A stretch of 61,289 bases of DNA. Origin: an uncultured Burkholderiales bacterium. Lineage in GTDB: Bacteria; Pseudomonadota; Gammaproteobacteria; Burkholderiales; JAEUOS01. Below the pieces are notes generated by a model. The model did no database searches, had not been told where the DNA came from, and saw nothing but the letters and a program-made list of their open reading frames with translations. The stretch is from assembly GCA_964443245.1 (NCBI GenBank), contig CAYUEG010000006.1, positions 1 through 61,289 on the forward strand, read 5' to 3'. Within the stretch, counting starts at the first letter, position 1, and each line of letters starts with the position of its first letter. The position numbers were made by a program, and so were the translations under genes. Of this stretch, positions 9,500 to 19,081 are shown one piece after another.

Positions 9500-9976
9500 T
9501 TACGCCTTGGCCGCGGGGGCGGCTTTGGCCTTGGTGCCGGCTGCACGCTCGATCGCGCTGACGATCTGCTGGTAAGTGCCGCAGCGGCAGATGTTGCCGC
9601 TCATCGCATCGACAATCTGCTTGCGGTTTGGCTTCGGTGTCTTCTTGAGCAGGGCGGCGGCCGTCATCAGCTGGCCGGACTGGCAGTAGCCGCACTGCGG
9701 CACGCCTTCGGCAATCCAGGCTTTCTGCAGCGGGTGATCGCCATTGGCAGACAGGCCTTCAATGGTGGTCACCGGCTTGGTGCCGACGCTGGCGGCCGGC
9801 GTCACACAGGAGCGGGTCGGCACGCCGTTGATGTGTACGGTGCAGGCGCCGCACTGCGCAATGCCGCAGCCGAATTTGGTGCCGGTCATGCCGAGCGTAT
9901 CGCGCAGGACCCACAAGAGGGGCATTTCGCCGGGGACGTCTGCTTCGACGCGCTTGCCATTGACGTTCAATTGCAT
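9500..9976 (-). CDS. (2Fe-2S)-binding subunit, IorA-like
   Basis: [41 protein letters not shown] before MQLNVNG. Confidence 0.92.
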   Translation of the reverse strand: MQLNVNGKRVEADVPGEMPLLWVLRDTLGMTGTKFGCGIAQCGACTVHINGVPTRSCVTPAASVGTKPVTTIEGLSANGDHPLQKAWIAEGVPQCGYCQSGQLMTAAALLKKTPKPNRKQIVDAMSGNICRCGTYQQIVSAIERAAGTKAKAAPAAKA

Positions 9977-10018
9977 GGTGTCTCCTTGGTCCATCTTTGT
10001 TGAGTGGTAAAGCGGCCG

Positions 10019-11071
10019 CTAGGATGCCCTGATTGCGGCCAAATGTACAGTGTCTGCCAAATTCCAGCGCGGATGGATAGTGAAGGCATACCCCGCTGGC
10101 GCGCGGTCGCCACGAAGCAGGCGGCAGGCACCGGCAAAAGCGATCATGGCTCCGTTGTCGGTACACAGCGCCGGCTCCGGCATGTAGACCCGGGCGCCGG
10201 TCTTGGCTGCAGCGGCATCCAGGGCGGCGCGCAGTGTCAGGTTGGCGCTGACGCCGCCGGCAATCACCAGGCTGCGCAGCCCGGTTTGTGCCAGTGCAGC
10301 CATCGATTTGGCCACCAGCACATCCACAATTGCCAGTTCGACGGCACTGGCGATGCTGGCGGCATCGGTGGCACCGTACGCTGCCACCAGTTTGCCGACA
10401 GCGGTCTTGAGGCCGCTGAAGCTGAACATCAGATCACCACTGTCGCGCAAGGGCCGCGGCAGCTTGAAGCGCTGCGGATCTCCCGAGCGCGCCAGGTACG
10501 CCAGGGCCGGCCCCCCCGGATAGCCCAGGCCGAGCAATTTGGCACTCTTGTCAAAAGCCTCCCCGGCGGCATCGTCAATCGATTCACCCAGCAGTTCGTA
10601 TGCGCCAATGCCGGTCACATGCATCAGCTGGGTATGGCCGCCCGACACCAGCAGGGCGATGAATGGAAAAGTCGGCGGGTCTCTCGACAGGAGGGGGGAA
10701 AGCAAATGCCCTTCAAGGTGATGTATGCCAAGAGCCGGTACGCCCAGTGACATGGCAAGGGCGCTTCCCGCTGCCGCTCCGACCAGCAGGGCGCCGGCCA
10801 GGCCGGGCCCCTGGGTGAAGGCCACCGCATCAATCTGACTTGCGGTGAGGCCCGCTTCGTTGAGGGCAATGCGGGTGAGTGGCAGCACGCGGCGGATGTG
10901 GTCGCGCGAGGCCAGTTCCGGTACCACGCCGCCGTAGTCCTCGTGCATCGCCACTTGCGAATGCAGGGCCTGCCCGATCAGGCCGTCTGCAGCGCGGGTG
11001 TGGCCACGCGCGGTGTCATACAAGGCGACGCCAGTTTCGTCGCAAGAAGTTTCGATGCCGAGTACGCGCAT
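10019..11071 (-). CDS. tsaD: tRNA N6-adenosine threonylcarbamoyltransferase
   Basis: [49 protein letters not shown]. Confidence 0.96.
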   Translation of the reverse strand: MRVLGIETSCDETGVALYDTARGHTRAADGLIGQALHSQVAMHEDYGGVVPELASRDHIRRVLPLTRIALNEAGLTASQIDAVAFTQGPGLAGALLVGAAAGSALAMSLGVPALGIHHLEGHLLSPLLSRDPPTFPFIALLVSGGHTQLMHVTGIGAYELLGESIDDAAGEAFDKSAKLLGLGYPGGPALAYLARSGDPQRFKLPRPLRDSGDLMFSFSGLKTAVGKLVAAYGATDAASIASAVELAIVDVLVAKSMAALAQTGLRSLVIAGGVSANLTLRAALDAAAAKTGARVYMPEPALCTDNGAMIAFAGACRLLRGDRAPAGYAFTIHPRWNLADTVHLAAIRAS

Positions 11072-11134
11072 GGTGTGGGTCGATTTTAGCCCCCGCGGTG
11101 GTGCCCCCGCTTGGTTCCCGCAATTGGACGGCGG

Positions 11135-11168
11135 GTTAAGCATCGATTAAGCGATTGCCCGTCATAAT
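11135..11168 (+). promoter_or_regulatory. PmrA/QseB-type direct-repeat box and candidate -10 of the two-component operon
   Basis: GTTAAG-CATCG-ATTAAG (TTAAG at 11136 and 11147, 11-bp period), then CATAAT at 11163-11168. Confidence 0.6.
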
Positions 11169-11229
11169 CTGGCGCTGCGCTGCCGCGGGCCGTTTTTTGC
11201 GTGCGTGGCGTGCTCGATGGAGATGAACC

Positions 11230-11892
11230 ATGCGCGTCTTGCTGGTAGAAGACGATTTGATGATCGGTGAAAGTGTCCGCAAAGGCCTGATCCAGGACGG
11301 CTTTGCCGTCGACTGGGTGGAAGATGGCCTCGCGGCCGAGGTGGCGCTGGACGCACATGCCTACGATCTGATGTTGCTCGACCTGGGATTGCCGCGCAAG
11401 TCGGGTCTGGACGTGCTCAAAAGCATTCGCCGCCGGGGCCTCAACCTCCCGGTGCTGGTTGCCACCGCGCGTGATGCCGTGGCAGATCGGGTCGAAGGTC
11501 TGGATGCGGGCGCGGACGATTATCTGGTCAAGCCATTCGATCTGGACGAACTGGCGGCACGGATCCGTGCCTTGCTGCGGCGCGCGGCGGGCCGTTCCGA
11601 TCCGGTGATGCGCCATCGCGGCATCGAACTGGACCCGGCAGCACGTTCGGTGACGCGTGATGGCCAGTCGATCCCTCTGTCGGCACGCGAACTGGCATTG
11701 CTGCAGGCGTTCATGGACCGTCCTGGCACCGTGTACTCCAAGGCGCAGCTGGAGGAGAAGCTCTACGGCTGGGGTGGCGAGGTCGAGAGCAATACCGTGG
11801 AGGTCTACATTCACGCATTGCGCAAGAAGCTCGGGGCGGAGTTCATCCAGAATGTGCGGGGCGTCGGCTATCTCTCCCCCAAGGAAACCTGA
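11230..11892 (+). CDS. OmpR-family response regulator, QseB/PmrA-like
   Basis: MRVLLVEDD, LLDLGLPRKSG, GADDYLVKPFDLDEL, ESNTVEVYIHALRKKLG. Confidence 0.9.
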   Translation: MRVLLVEDDLMIGESVRKGLIQDGFAVDWVEDGLAAEVALDAHAYDLMLLDLGLPRKSGLDVLKSIRRRGLNLPVLVATARDAVADRVEGLDAGADDYLVKPFDLDELAARIRALLRRAAGRSDPVMRHRGIELDPAARSVTRDGQSIPLSARELALLQAFMDRPGTVYSKAQLEEKLYGWGGEVESNTVEVYIHALRKKLGAEFIQNVRGVGYLSPKET

Positions 11893-11925
11893 GGCTGCAA
11901 GCCTCACGTACGCCTGAGCGCGCGC

Positions 11926-13236
11926 ATGAATTCGATCCGTCGCCACTTGCTCTTGTGGTTGCTGCTGGCATTGGGATTGGCGCTGGTGGCGGCGGGCAGC
12001 GCCGTCTACATGGCAGCGCGCCAGGTCACGAATGACCTGGCGGACCTGCACATGCGCCAGGTTGCCGGGGCATTGCCGAGCCAGGCGTTTCCGGCGATTC
12101 GCGCGCTCTCTCGGGATGAAGAGCTGCAGGAACGCATCGTGGTGCAGATCTGGGATCGTTCCGGCAACGTGCTGTATGTGTCGGATCGGGCCTCCGGCAT
12201 GCCGCCACGCGGGGTGGCGGGGTTCTCTACGTACGCGGGCGCTGACGGGGATTGGCGCATGTATGTCGAATCCAGCGGTGATAACGTGGTGCAGGTGGGA
12301 CAGCCCATGAGTACGCGCATCGAACTGGCGGCGCGCATGGCCTTGCGCACCGTATGGCCCCTGCTGATTGTGTTTCCGCTGCTGGCGATCGCGATCCTGC
12401 TTACCGTGCGACGCGGTCTTCGGCCGCTCGAACGGGTGGCCCTCGAGGTGGAGCAGCGTTCGGCAGAATCACTGGATGCCCTCAACTCCGGTCCGGTACC
12501 CAGCGAAGTACGCCCGCTGGTCGAGGCGCTCAATCGGCTGCTGCAGCGCCTGCGCAGCGCCTTCGATGCGCAGCGAGCCTTCGTGGCGGACGCGGCACAC
12601 GAACTGCGTACGCCGATTGCGGCGCTCAAGCTGCAAACCCAGCTGGCGGAACGGGCGCGCGAAGCCACCGGACGTGCCGCCGCCTTGAAAGAGCTCCATG
12701 CCGGCATCGATCGCGCCGGCCACCTGATCCAGCAACTGCTTGACCTGGCGCGCGAAGAGGAGGCGTCGCGGGTGCGCTTGCGCCAGCGCTGCGCGCTTGA
12801 CGATCTGGCCCGTCAGGTGGTGGCCGAGCGTGCCCCGGTGGCAATCGAGCGGGGGATCGACCTGGGCGTGGCACGTGCCGATCCGGCTGTCGTGATGGGA
12901 GACCCTTCCAGCCTCAAGCGCCTGATCGGCAACCTGGTCGACAACGCGTTGCGCTATACGCCCAAAGGAGGCAGGGTCGATGTGGAGGTCCTGCTCGACC
13001 CCCCGGGGGCGACATTGCACGTCAGCGATACCGGGCCCGGTATCCCCGCCGAGCACCGGGCGCGCGTATTCGACCGCTTTTATCGCGTGCCAGGAACACG
13101 CGAATCGGGCAGCGGATTGGGCCTGGCGATTGCGAGCAGCATTGCGGGTGCGCATCTGGCCCGCATCGCGCTGGAAGATCGGCCCGGGGGAGGGCTATTG
13201 GCGAACGTCACGTTTGATCAAGTAGCGGCTGCATGA
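11926..13236 (+). CDS. Sensor histidine kinase, QseC/PmrB-like
   Basis: Two TM segments, HAMP, H-box DAAHELRTP, N-box NLVDNALRY, DTGPGI, FYRV..GSGLGLAI. Confidence 0.9.
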   Translation: MNSIRRHLLLWLLLALGLALVAAGSAVYMAARQVTNDLADLHMRQVAGALPSQAFPAIRALSRDEELQERIVVQIWDRSGNVLYVSDRASGMPPRGVAGFSTYAGADGDWRMYVESSGDNVVQVGQPMSTRIELAARMALRTVWPLLIVFPLLAIAILLTVRRGLRPLERVALEVEQRSAESLDALNSGPVPSEVRPLVEALNRLLQRLRSAFDAQRAFVADAAHELRTPIAALKLQTQLAERAREATGRAAALKELHAGIDRAGHLIQQLLDLAREEEASRVRLRQRCALDDLARQVVAERAPVAIERGIDLGVARADPAVVMGDPSSLKRLIGNLVDNALRYTPKGGRVDVEVLLDPPGATLHVSDTGPGIPAEHRARVFDRFYRVPGTRESGSGLGLAIASSIAGAHLARIALEDRPGGGLLANVTFDQVAAA

Positions 13237-13254
13237 TGTTGTTTTTTGCAGAAC

Positions 13255-13271
13255 CTTAATGCCCGCTTAAG
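13255..13271 (+). promoter_or_regulatory. PmrA/QseB-type box upstream of the RND efflux operon
   Basis: CTTAAT-GCCCG-CTTAAG matches the YTTAAK-N5-YTTAAK consensus exactly. Confidence 0.7.
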
Positions 13272-13296
13272 GCTGTTCCGCCAGACTCGCGCCCCC

Positions 13297-14730
13297 ATGT
13301 TGTCCGCCCCTGCTCATTTACCCCTGGAATGCTTCGTGCCGCCGAAGCCGCGCGGGTCGCTGGCATCCTTGCCCGTCCGGGCGTCAAGGTGGTGGGTTGG
13401 GTCGGCGTTGATCACCCTCACGCTGTGCGTCCAGACCATTCTCGTTGTCAGGCCGGCCGTGGCGCAGGCCCCTGCGCTGTTGCGTAGTCTCACGCTGGCC
13501 GCAGCGGAGGACCTGATGATCCAGCGCAATCGGGATCTGGCTGTTGCACGCCGCGCACTCGAGCAGGCACAGGCGGATGTGCTGACCGCCGGCCAGAGGC
13601 CGAATCCCCAATTGTCGTGGACGACGCAAAACATCAATCCGAATCGCGGCATCGGCAATGGCGATCCGCGCAGCAAGACGGTGGACACCATCTTTCGGGT
13701 GGATCAGCTGATTGAGCGTGGCGGCAAGGCCGAGCTGCGGACCGAGACCGCCCGTCGCCTCGAAGCGGCGGTGAGCGAAGACATCTCGGAACTGAACCGG
13801 CAACAGCGCCTGGCCTTGCGCTACGCCTATTTCGATGTTCTGGCGGCCCAGGAAAAAGTGGCCAGCAGCAACGAAACGGTCCAGCTTTACGCACGCACGG
13901 TGGAAGCGGCGCAGCTCCGTCTCAAGGCCGGAGACCTTGCCGCTGCCGATGTGGCGCGCATTCGGGTGGATGCGCTGCGGGCGCAGAACGACAGCCGGGC
14001 GCTCGAAGCCGAAGCCAGCCGCCAGCGGGTGGCACTGGCTTATCTGATCGGGGCCGAAAAGGAAGCCGGCGAGATCCGCGTGGTATCGCCCTGGCCCGCG
14101 GTGGCACCGGGAATGGTGGCGCCTGCCTCGATCGATGCCGGTCAACTTGATGCCCGCCCCGATATCCGGGCCGCGCAGGCGCGGGTAGCCGCGGCAGACA
14201 AGGCACGCGAACTGGCGCAATCGCTGCGCACCCGTGACGTTTCCGTCGGCGTGCAGGTGGAACACTGGCCGAATCGGGCGGATGCCAACAATCAGGGTAC
14301 CGGCAATAGTGTTGGTGTGGCCTTGTCGGTGCCGCTGTTCCTGCGGCATAGCAATGAAGGCGAGATCGCACGCGCCCAGGCAGACTGGTACGCCGCGCGC
14401 GATGCGCTGGAGCGCGTGCAGGCGCAGGCGCGCAGCGAAGTGGCGCGTGCAGCGGGCGACCTGGCGGCAGCGCGCGAGCGGCTCACCCGGTTTGAGGCGG
14501 AGTTGCTGAAGGAAGCCGAGCGCAGCGCGGCGGCAGCCGAGTTTGCGTTCAGGAATGGCGCCATCGGGGTCATGGACCTGCTCGATGCGCGACGCACGCT
14601 GAAGTTGATCCAGCTGGAAGCCATCAGCGCCCGTGCGGATCTGGCGAAGGCCACCGCCGCCTGGGAAGTCAGTATCGGCGCCGGCGCTGCAGCAAGTCCT
14701 GGTACAGATGCCGCGAAAAGCGGCCGGTAA
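13297..14730 (+). CDS. TolC/CzcC-family outer membrane efflux protein
   Basis: Two OEP-type helical repeats (NRDLAVARRALEQAQAD; FRNGAIGVMDLLDARRT). Start uncertain; the TTG at 13246 lies upstream of the regulator box. Confidence 0.85.
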   Translation: MLSAPAHLPLECFVPPKPRGSLASLPVRASRWWVGSALITLTLCVQTILVVRPAVAQAPALLRSLTLAAAEDLMIQRNRDLAVARRALEQAQADVLTAGQRPNPQLSWTTQNINPNRGIGNGDPRSKTVDTIFRVDQLIERGGKAELRTETARRLEAAVSEDISELNRQQRLALRYAYFDVLAAQEKVASSNETVQLYARTVEAAQLRLKAGDLAAADVARIRVDALRAQNDSRALEAEASRQRVALAYLIGAEKEAGEIRVVSPWPAVAPGMVAPASIDAGQLDARPDIRAAQARVAAADKARELAQSLRTRDVSVGVQVEHWPNRADANNQGTGNSVGVALSVPLFLRHSNEGEIARAQADWYAARDALERVQAQARSEVARAAGDLAAARERLTRFEAELLKEAERSAAAAEFAFRNGAIGVMDLLDARRTLKLIQLEAISARADLAKATAAWEVSIGAGAAASPGTDAAKSGR

Positions 14731-14749
14731 AGGCTCAGGGAGACAACGG

Positions 14750-15910
14750 TTGAAGCGAATCATTCATCTTGACCTGCCGGATTGGACGGGACTGTTTGCC
14801 ATCACTCTGGCGCTGTTGGCAGCCGGTTGCAGCGACAAACCGGCCACACCGACCCTGCCCAAGCCCGTTGTTGCCGGCAATGTGATCACGTTTGCCCCCG
14901 ATAGTCCGCAGCTGGCCATACTCACGGTCGTTGAAGCGCAGTCGGCGGTCGAATCCAGGATCGAACTGACTGGCCGACTCACCTGGAATGAAGATCGCAC
15001 GGTGCGGATCTATCCGCCCCTGGGCGGCCGCGTCACGCGCATTGCTGCGCAGGCGGGAGATCAGGTCAAAGCCGGACAGGTGTTGGCTTACATCGCCTCA
15101 CCGGAGTTCGGCCAGGCACAGGCAGACGTGGGCAAGGCGCAGGCGGATTTTGCGCTGGCTGAAAAAAGCCTGGCACGAATCAGGGAATTGCTCGAGAACG
15201 GCGTCGCTCCCCGGAAGGACCTGGTGCAGGCGGAGGCTGACCACGCTCGTGCCAGGAGCGAGCTGAATCGCGCGCAGGCGCGGGTGCAACTGTATGGTGG
15301 TGGAGCGGGCATCGATCAGTCGCTGGCATTGAGGACACCGGTCGCCGGTGTTGTGGTGGAGCGCAACATCAATCCGGGCCAGGAGTTGCGCAGTGACCAG
15401 GCCGGGGCCCCGGCGCTGTTTGTGGTGACGGATCCATCGCGTTTATGGGTGCAGATTGACGCACACGAGCAGGATTTGCCGTTTCTGTCCAAAGGCAGCT
15501 CCTTTGTGTTGCGTTCCCCGAGTGTTCCGGGTGAAACCTTCGAAGCAAAGGTGGATGCAGTGGCCGATTTCATTGATCCGCAATCGCGCGTGATCAAGGC
15601 GCGTGGTGCCATCGACAACTCGGCGCGCAAGCTCAAGGGAGAAATGCTGGTGACGGCCGAGTTCAGTGCAAATGGCCTGTCGGCGGTAATGGTGCCCTCC
15701 CGTGCGGTGATGTTTACCGAAGGAAAACACTACGTTTTTGCCGAGCTTGGCAAAGGCAGGTTCGAGCGCTTGCCGGTGACAGTCGGGGTGGAGCGCAAGG
15801 GACAACTTGCGGTCATGTCGGGCCTGCAGCCCAGGCAGCGGATCGTCATCGAAGGTGTCCTGTTGCTGCAGCAGTTGATGCGTGCGGCTGGGTCAAAGAC
15901 CGAAGACTGA
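14750..15910 (+). CDS. RND efflux periplasmic adaptor, CzcB/CusB-like
   Basis: Lipobox-like LAAGC, barrel-sandwich hybrid IYPPLGGRVTRI..GDQVKAGQVL. TTG start with RBS GGGAGA. Confidence 0.85.
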   Translation: MKRIIHLDLPDWTGLFAITLALLAAGCSDKPATPTLPKPVVAGNVITFAPDSPQLAILTVVEAQSAVESRIELTGRLTWNEDRTVRIYPPLGGRVTRIAAQAGDQVKAGQVLAYIASPEFGQAQADVGKAQADFALAEKSLARIRELLENGVAPRKDLVQAEADHARARSELNRAQARVQLYGGGAGIDQSLALRTPVAGVVVERNINPGQELRSDQAGAPALFVVTDPSRLWVQIDAHEQDLPFLSKGSSFVLRSPSVPGETFEAKVDAVADFIDPQSRVIKARGAIDNSARKLKGEMLVTAEFSANGLSAVMVPSRAVMFTEGKHYVFAELGKGRFERLPVTVGVERKGQLAVMSGLQPRQRIVIEGVLLLQQLMRAAGSKTED

Positions 15911-15919
15911 CCCCCTCGC

Positions 15920-18900
15920 ATGATCAAGCGCACTGTTTCGTTTGCCCTTCACCAGCCGCTGGTCATTTTCTTCGCCACGCTGCTGTTTGTGGGCGCGGGG
16001 TTGATCGCGTTCAAGAATCTCCCCGTAGAAGCATTTCCGGATGTGACCGATACCCAGGTCACGGTCATCACGCTCTTCCCCGGCCGAGCCGCCGAAGAAG
16101 TGGAAAAGCAGGTCACCATTCCGCTTGAAGTGGCCTTGTCCGGGTTGCCCAACGCGGTGCGCATGTTCTCGCACACCCAGTTTGGCCTCTCGTTCCTGAT
16201 CCTGACGTTCGACGACGATGCCAACGTCAACCTTGCTCGTCAGCAGGTTGGAGAGCGCCTGCGCAGCGTGCAATTGCCCCAGGGGGTGGAGCCGGACATT
16301 GCGCCTCTCTCGACCGCTATTGGTGAAGTCTATCGCTACCGCGTCAAGTCCGATACGCTCGACTCCAAAGAACTGCGCACCCTGGAAGATTGGGTGATCG
16401 AGCGTGCGCTGAAACGCGTGCCCGGCGTGGCGGACATCGTGCCCATGGGCGGCCTGATCAAGCAGTATGAGGTGCAGCCTGACATGGCCAAGCTGCGTGC
16501 CTTCAAACTGACGCTGCAGAACCTGCAGACCGCCCTGGAGCGGGGCAACAGCAACGCCGGTGGCGGTTATGTGGAGCAGGGCGGGCAGCAATACACGATC
16601 CGCGGCATTGGCCTGTTGCAGGATGCGTCGGACATCGACAGCATCGTCCTGGCAGAGCGCAACGGCACACCGGTGCTGGTGCGCGACGTGGCGCGCGTCG
16701 TGGTCGGGAACGTACCGCGCCAGGGCATCGTCGGACAGGACCTTGACGATGATGCCGTCACCGGCGTGGTGCTGATGCGCAAGGGCGAGAATCCCTCCAA
16801 GGTACTCAAGGAGGTAAAGGCCAGAGTGGAGGAGCTGAATCACGGCATCCTGCCGAAGGGGGTGCAGATCGTGCCCTTCTACGATCGCAGCTGGCTGATC
16901 GGCAAGACCCTCAACACCGTGTTCAAGAACCTGGTCGAAGGCGCACTGCTGGTCTCGATCGTGCTGTATCTGTTCCTGGCCAACTTCAGGGCGGCGGCCA
17001 TTGTGGCGTTGGTGATCCCACTTTCGCTGCTCTCCACCTTTGTCGGACTCACCTTTGTCGGCATCCCTGCCAATTTGCTCTCGCTGGGGGCGATGGATTT
17101 CGGCATCATCGTCGATGGTGCGGTGATTGTTGTGGAAAACGTCTTCCGGCGGCTTTCCATGGTCGACCAGTTCCATGATGACAAGGTAGATCGCAAGGAG
17201 GACCGCTACCGTCTGCACACCATCATCGAAGCGGCGGTCGAGGTGGGGCGCCCCACGCTGTTTTCGATGATCATCATCATCGCCGCGCATATCCCGATCT
17301 TCACCCTGCAGCGGCATGAGGGACGCATCTTCGCGCCGATGGCTTATTCGGTCACCTTTGCGCTGATCGGATCACTGATCCTGTCGCTGACGCTGGTGCC
17401 ACTGCTGTGCTACCAATGGCTCTCGAAGAACCTGCCCAGCCATGACAACCTCATCGTCGACTATTGCAAGCGGATTTACGCGCCGATCCTCAAATGGAGT
17501 CTGGCCCATCGGGTCAGGGTGATCGTGATCGCGCTGGTGGGGTTGACCGCCAGCTTTGCCGCCATACCTCGATTGGGTACCGAGTTCCTGCCGGAACTGA
17601 ATGAAGGTTCGCTCTGGCTCAATGTGAAACTGCCTTCGTCAGTTTCAGTTTCCGAGGCACAACGGGAGAACGGTCTGATCCGGCGCTTGCTGTTGCGTAC
17701 GCCGGAGGTGAACTCCGTGATCTCCAAGGCAGGGCGCCCGGAAGATGGTACCGATCCTAAGCTGATCAACATGGCCGAGTTCCTGGTGGACCTGAAGCCG
17801 GAGAACGAATGGAAGCGGGGTTTGAGCAAACGGCAGGTAATGGACGAGATGGAGCAGGCACTGCTCACGCTGCCGGCCATCAAACCCTCATTCTCCCAAC
17901 CCATCCGCGACAACATCCTCGAGAGCATTTCCCAGATCGATGGCCAGATTGTGATCAAGGTGTTCGGTGACGACATTCCGACACTGCGCAAGGTGGCTGA
18001 AGACGTGCTGGGTCAGGTCGGTGAAGTCAGGGGCGTCACGCGCGCGCTGATTGATCGCGTTGGTGAGCTGCCCAATTATCTGGTCAACATCGACCGTGCC
18101 CGAGCCGCACGTTATGGTCTGAATGTGGCTGACATACAGGATGTGATCGAGGCCGGCATCGGCGGGCGTGCGGCCAGCTATCTTTGGGAAGGCGAGCGCC
18201 GCTTTGCCATTGCGATCCGCATGAAGGAAGAGGAGCGTGGTCTTGAACGCATGAAGGGCGTTCTCCTGGCAACCAGCAGCGGTGCCTACATTCCCTTGTC
18301 GGAGGTGGCCACATTCAAGGCAGCTGCCGGCAGCATGAACATCGCACGCGAGAACGGTGGCCGCGTGATGGCGATCGGCATCTTCATTCGTGATCGTGAC
18401 ATGGGCAGCGTCGTGGCCGACATGCAGGCGGCGGTAAAGAGGAATGTCAGGCTGCCCGAGGGTTATCGCATTACGTGGTCGGGAGAGTTCGAGAACCAGG
18501 AGCGGGCGATGTCCCGCCTGGCACTGGTGGTGCCGATTTCCATTCTGCTGATCTTCGTGCTCCTGTTCAACGCCTTCAACTCGATCAAGAGCGCCGTGCT
18601 GATCATCCTTAATGTGCCTTTCGCCATGATTGGCGGCATTTTTGCGCTTCTGGTGACCGGCATTCCCCTGAGCGTCTCGGCGGCGATCGGTTTCATCGCA
18701 CTGTTTGGGCAGGCAGTATTGAATGGTGTGGTGATGGTGACGGTGTTCAACCAGCTGCGGAACGCCGGCGCGTCTCCGGAGCAAGCCGTGGTCGACGGCT
18801 CGATCCAGCGCCTGCGTACCGTTTTGATGACCGGGCTGTTGGCAATGCTGGGACTGTTGCCGATGGCGCTCTCTACCGACATCGGTTCTGAGACGCAAAA

Positions 18901-19081
18901 GCCGCTGGCGGTAGTGGTCATCGGCGGCCTCATCTCCGCCACGCTCCTGACGCTGATCGTGCTGCCGGTGCTCTACGTGGCGTTCAACACGCACCGTGTC
19001 TACTTCCGCCGCAAAGGCCGCGGCGACGCGAACTCGACGCAGAATGGGTCAGCGGTCGCCGGACCTGGGCCGAAGCCATGA
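15920..19081 (+). CDS. CusA/CzcA-family heavy-metal efflux RND transporter
   Basis: LPVEAFPDVTDTQV, MDFGIIVDGAVIVVEN (HME proton-relay D/D/E), GTEFLPELNEG, QKPLAVVVIGGLISATLLTL. Confidence 0.92.
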   Translation: MIKRTVSFALHQPLVIFFATLLFVGAGLIAFKNLPVEAFPDVTDTQVTVITLFPGRAAEEVEKQVTIPLEVALSGLPNAVRMFSHTQFGLSFLILTFDDDANVNLARQQVGERLRSVQLPQGVEPDIAPLSTAIGEVYRYRVKSDTLDSKELRTLEDWVIERALKRVPGVADIVPMGGLIKQYEVQPDMAKLRAFKLTLQNLQTALERGNSNAGGGYVEQGGQQYTIRGIGLLQDASDIDSIVLAERNGTPVLVRDVARVVVGNVPRQGIVGQDLDDDAVTGVVLMRKGENPSKVLKEVKARVEELNHGILPKGVQIVPFYDRSWLIGKTLNTVFKNLVEGALLVSIVLYLFLANFRAAAIVALVIPLSLLSTFVGLTFVGIPANLLSLGAMDFGIIVDGAVIVVENVFRRLSMVDQFHDDKVDRKEDRYRLHTIIEAAVEVGRPTLFSMIIIIAAHIPIFTLQRHEGRIFAPMAYSVTFALIGSLILSLTLVPLLCYQWLSKNLPSHDNLIVDYCKRIYAPILKWSLAHRVRVIVIALVGLTASFAAIPRLGTEFLPELNEGSLWLNVKLPSSVSVSEAQRENGLIRRLLLRTPEVNSVISKAGRPEDGTDPKLINMAEFLVDLKPENEWKRGLSKRQVMDEMEQALLTLPAIKPSFSQPIRDNILESISQIDGQIVIKVFGDDIPTLRKVAEDVLGQVGEVRGVTRALIDRVGELPNYLVNIDRARAARYGLNVADIQDVIEAGIGGRAASYLWEGERRFAIAIRMKEEERGLERMKGVLLATSSGAYIPLSEVATFKAAAGSMNIARENGGRVMAIGIFIRDRDMGSVVADMQAAVKRNVRLPEGYRITWSGEFENQERAMSRLALVVPISILLIFVLLFNAFNSIKSAVLIILNVPFAMIGGIFALLVTGIPLSVSAAIGFIALFGQAVLNGVVMVTVFNQLRNAGASPEQAVVDGSIQRLRTVLMTGLLAMLGLLPMALSTDIGSETQKPLAVVVIGGLISATLLTLIVLPVLYVAFNTHRVYFRRKGRGDANSTQNGSAVAGPGPKP

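Noticed and set aside
7999-9561. Long antisense ORFs (also 13384-14763, 15893-17317, 19577-21322, 22017-23972, 28093-30063, 51393-52955, 56411-57841)
   Set aside because: Each lies opposite a well-supported gene and has no recognisable motifs. Such ORFs are expected from stop-codon scarcity in GC-rich DNA.
13246-13296. N-terminal extension of the TolC-family ORF from TTG 13246
   Set aside because: It overlaps the PmrA/QseB-type box, so it is more likely promoter DNA than coding sequence.
14740-14751. GAGACAACGGTT, a 12-nt match to the 7191-7223 palindrome
   Set aside because: There is no second arm, it coincides with the czcB RBS/start, and a match this short can arise by chance.
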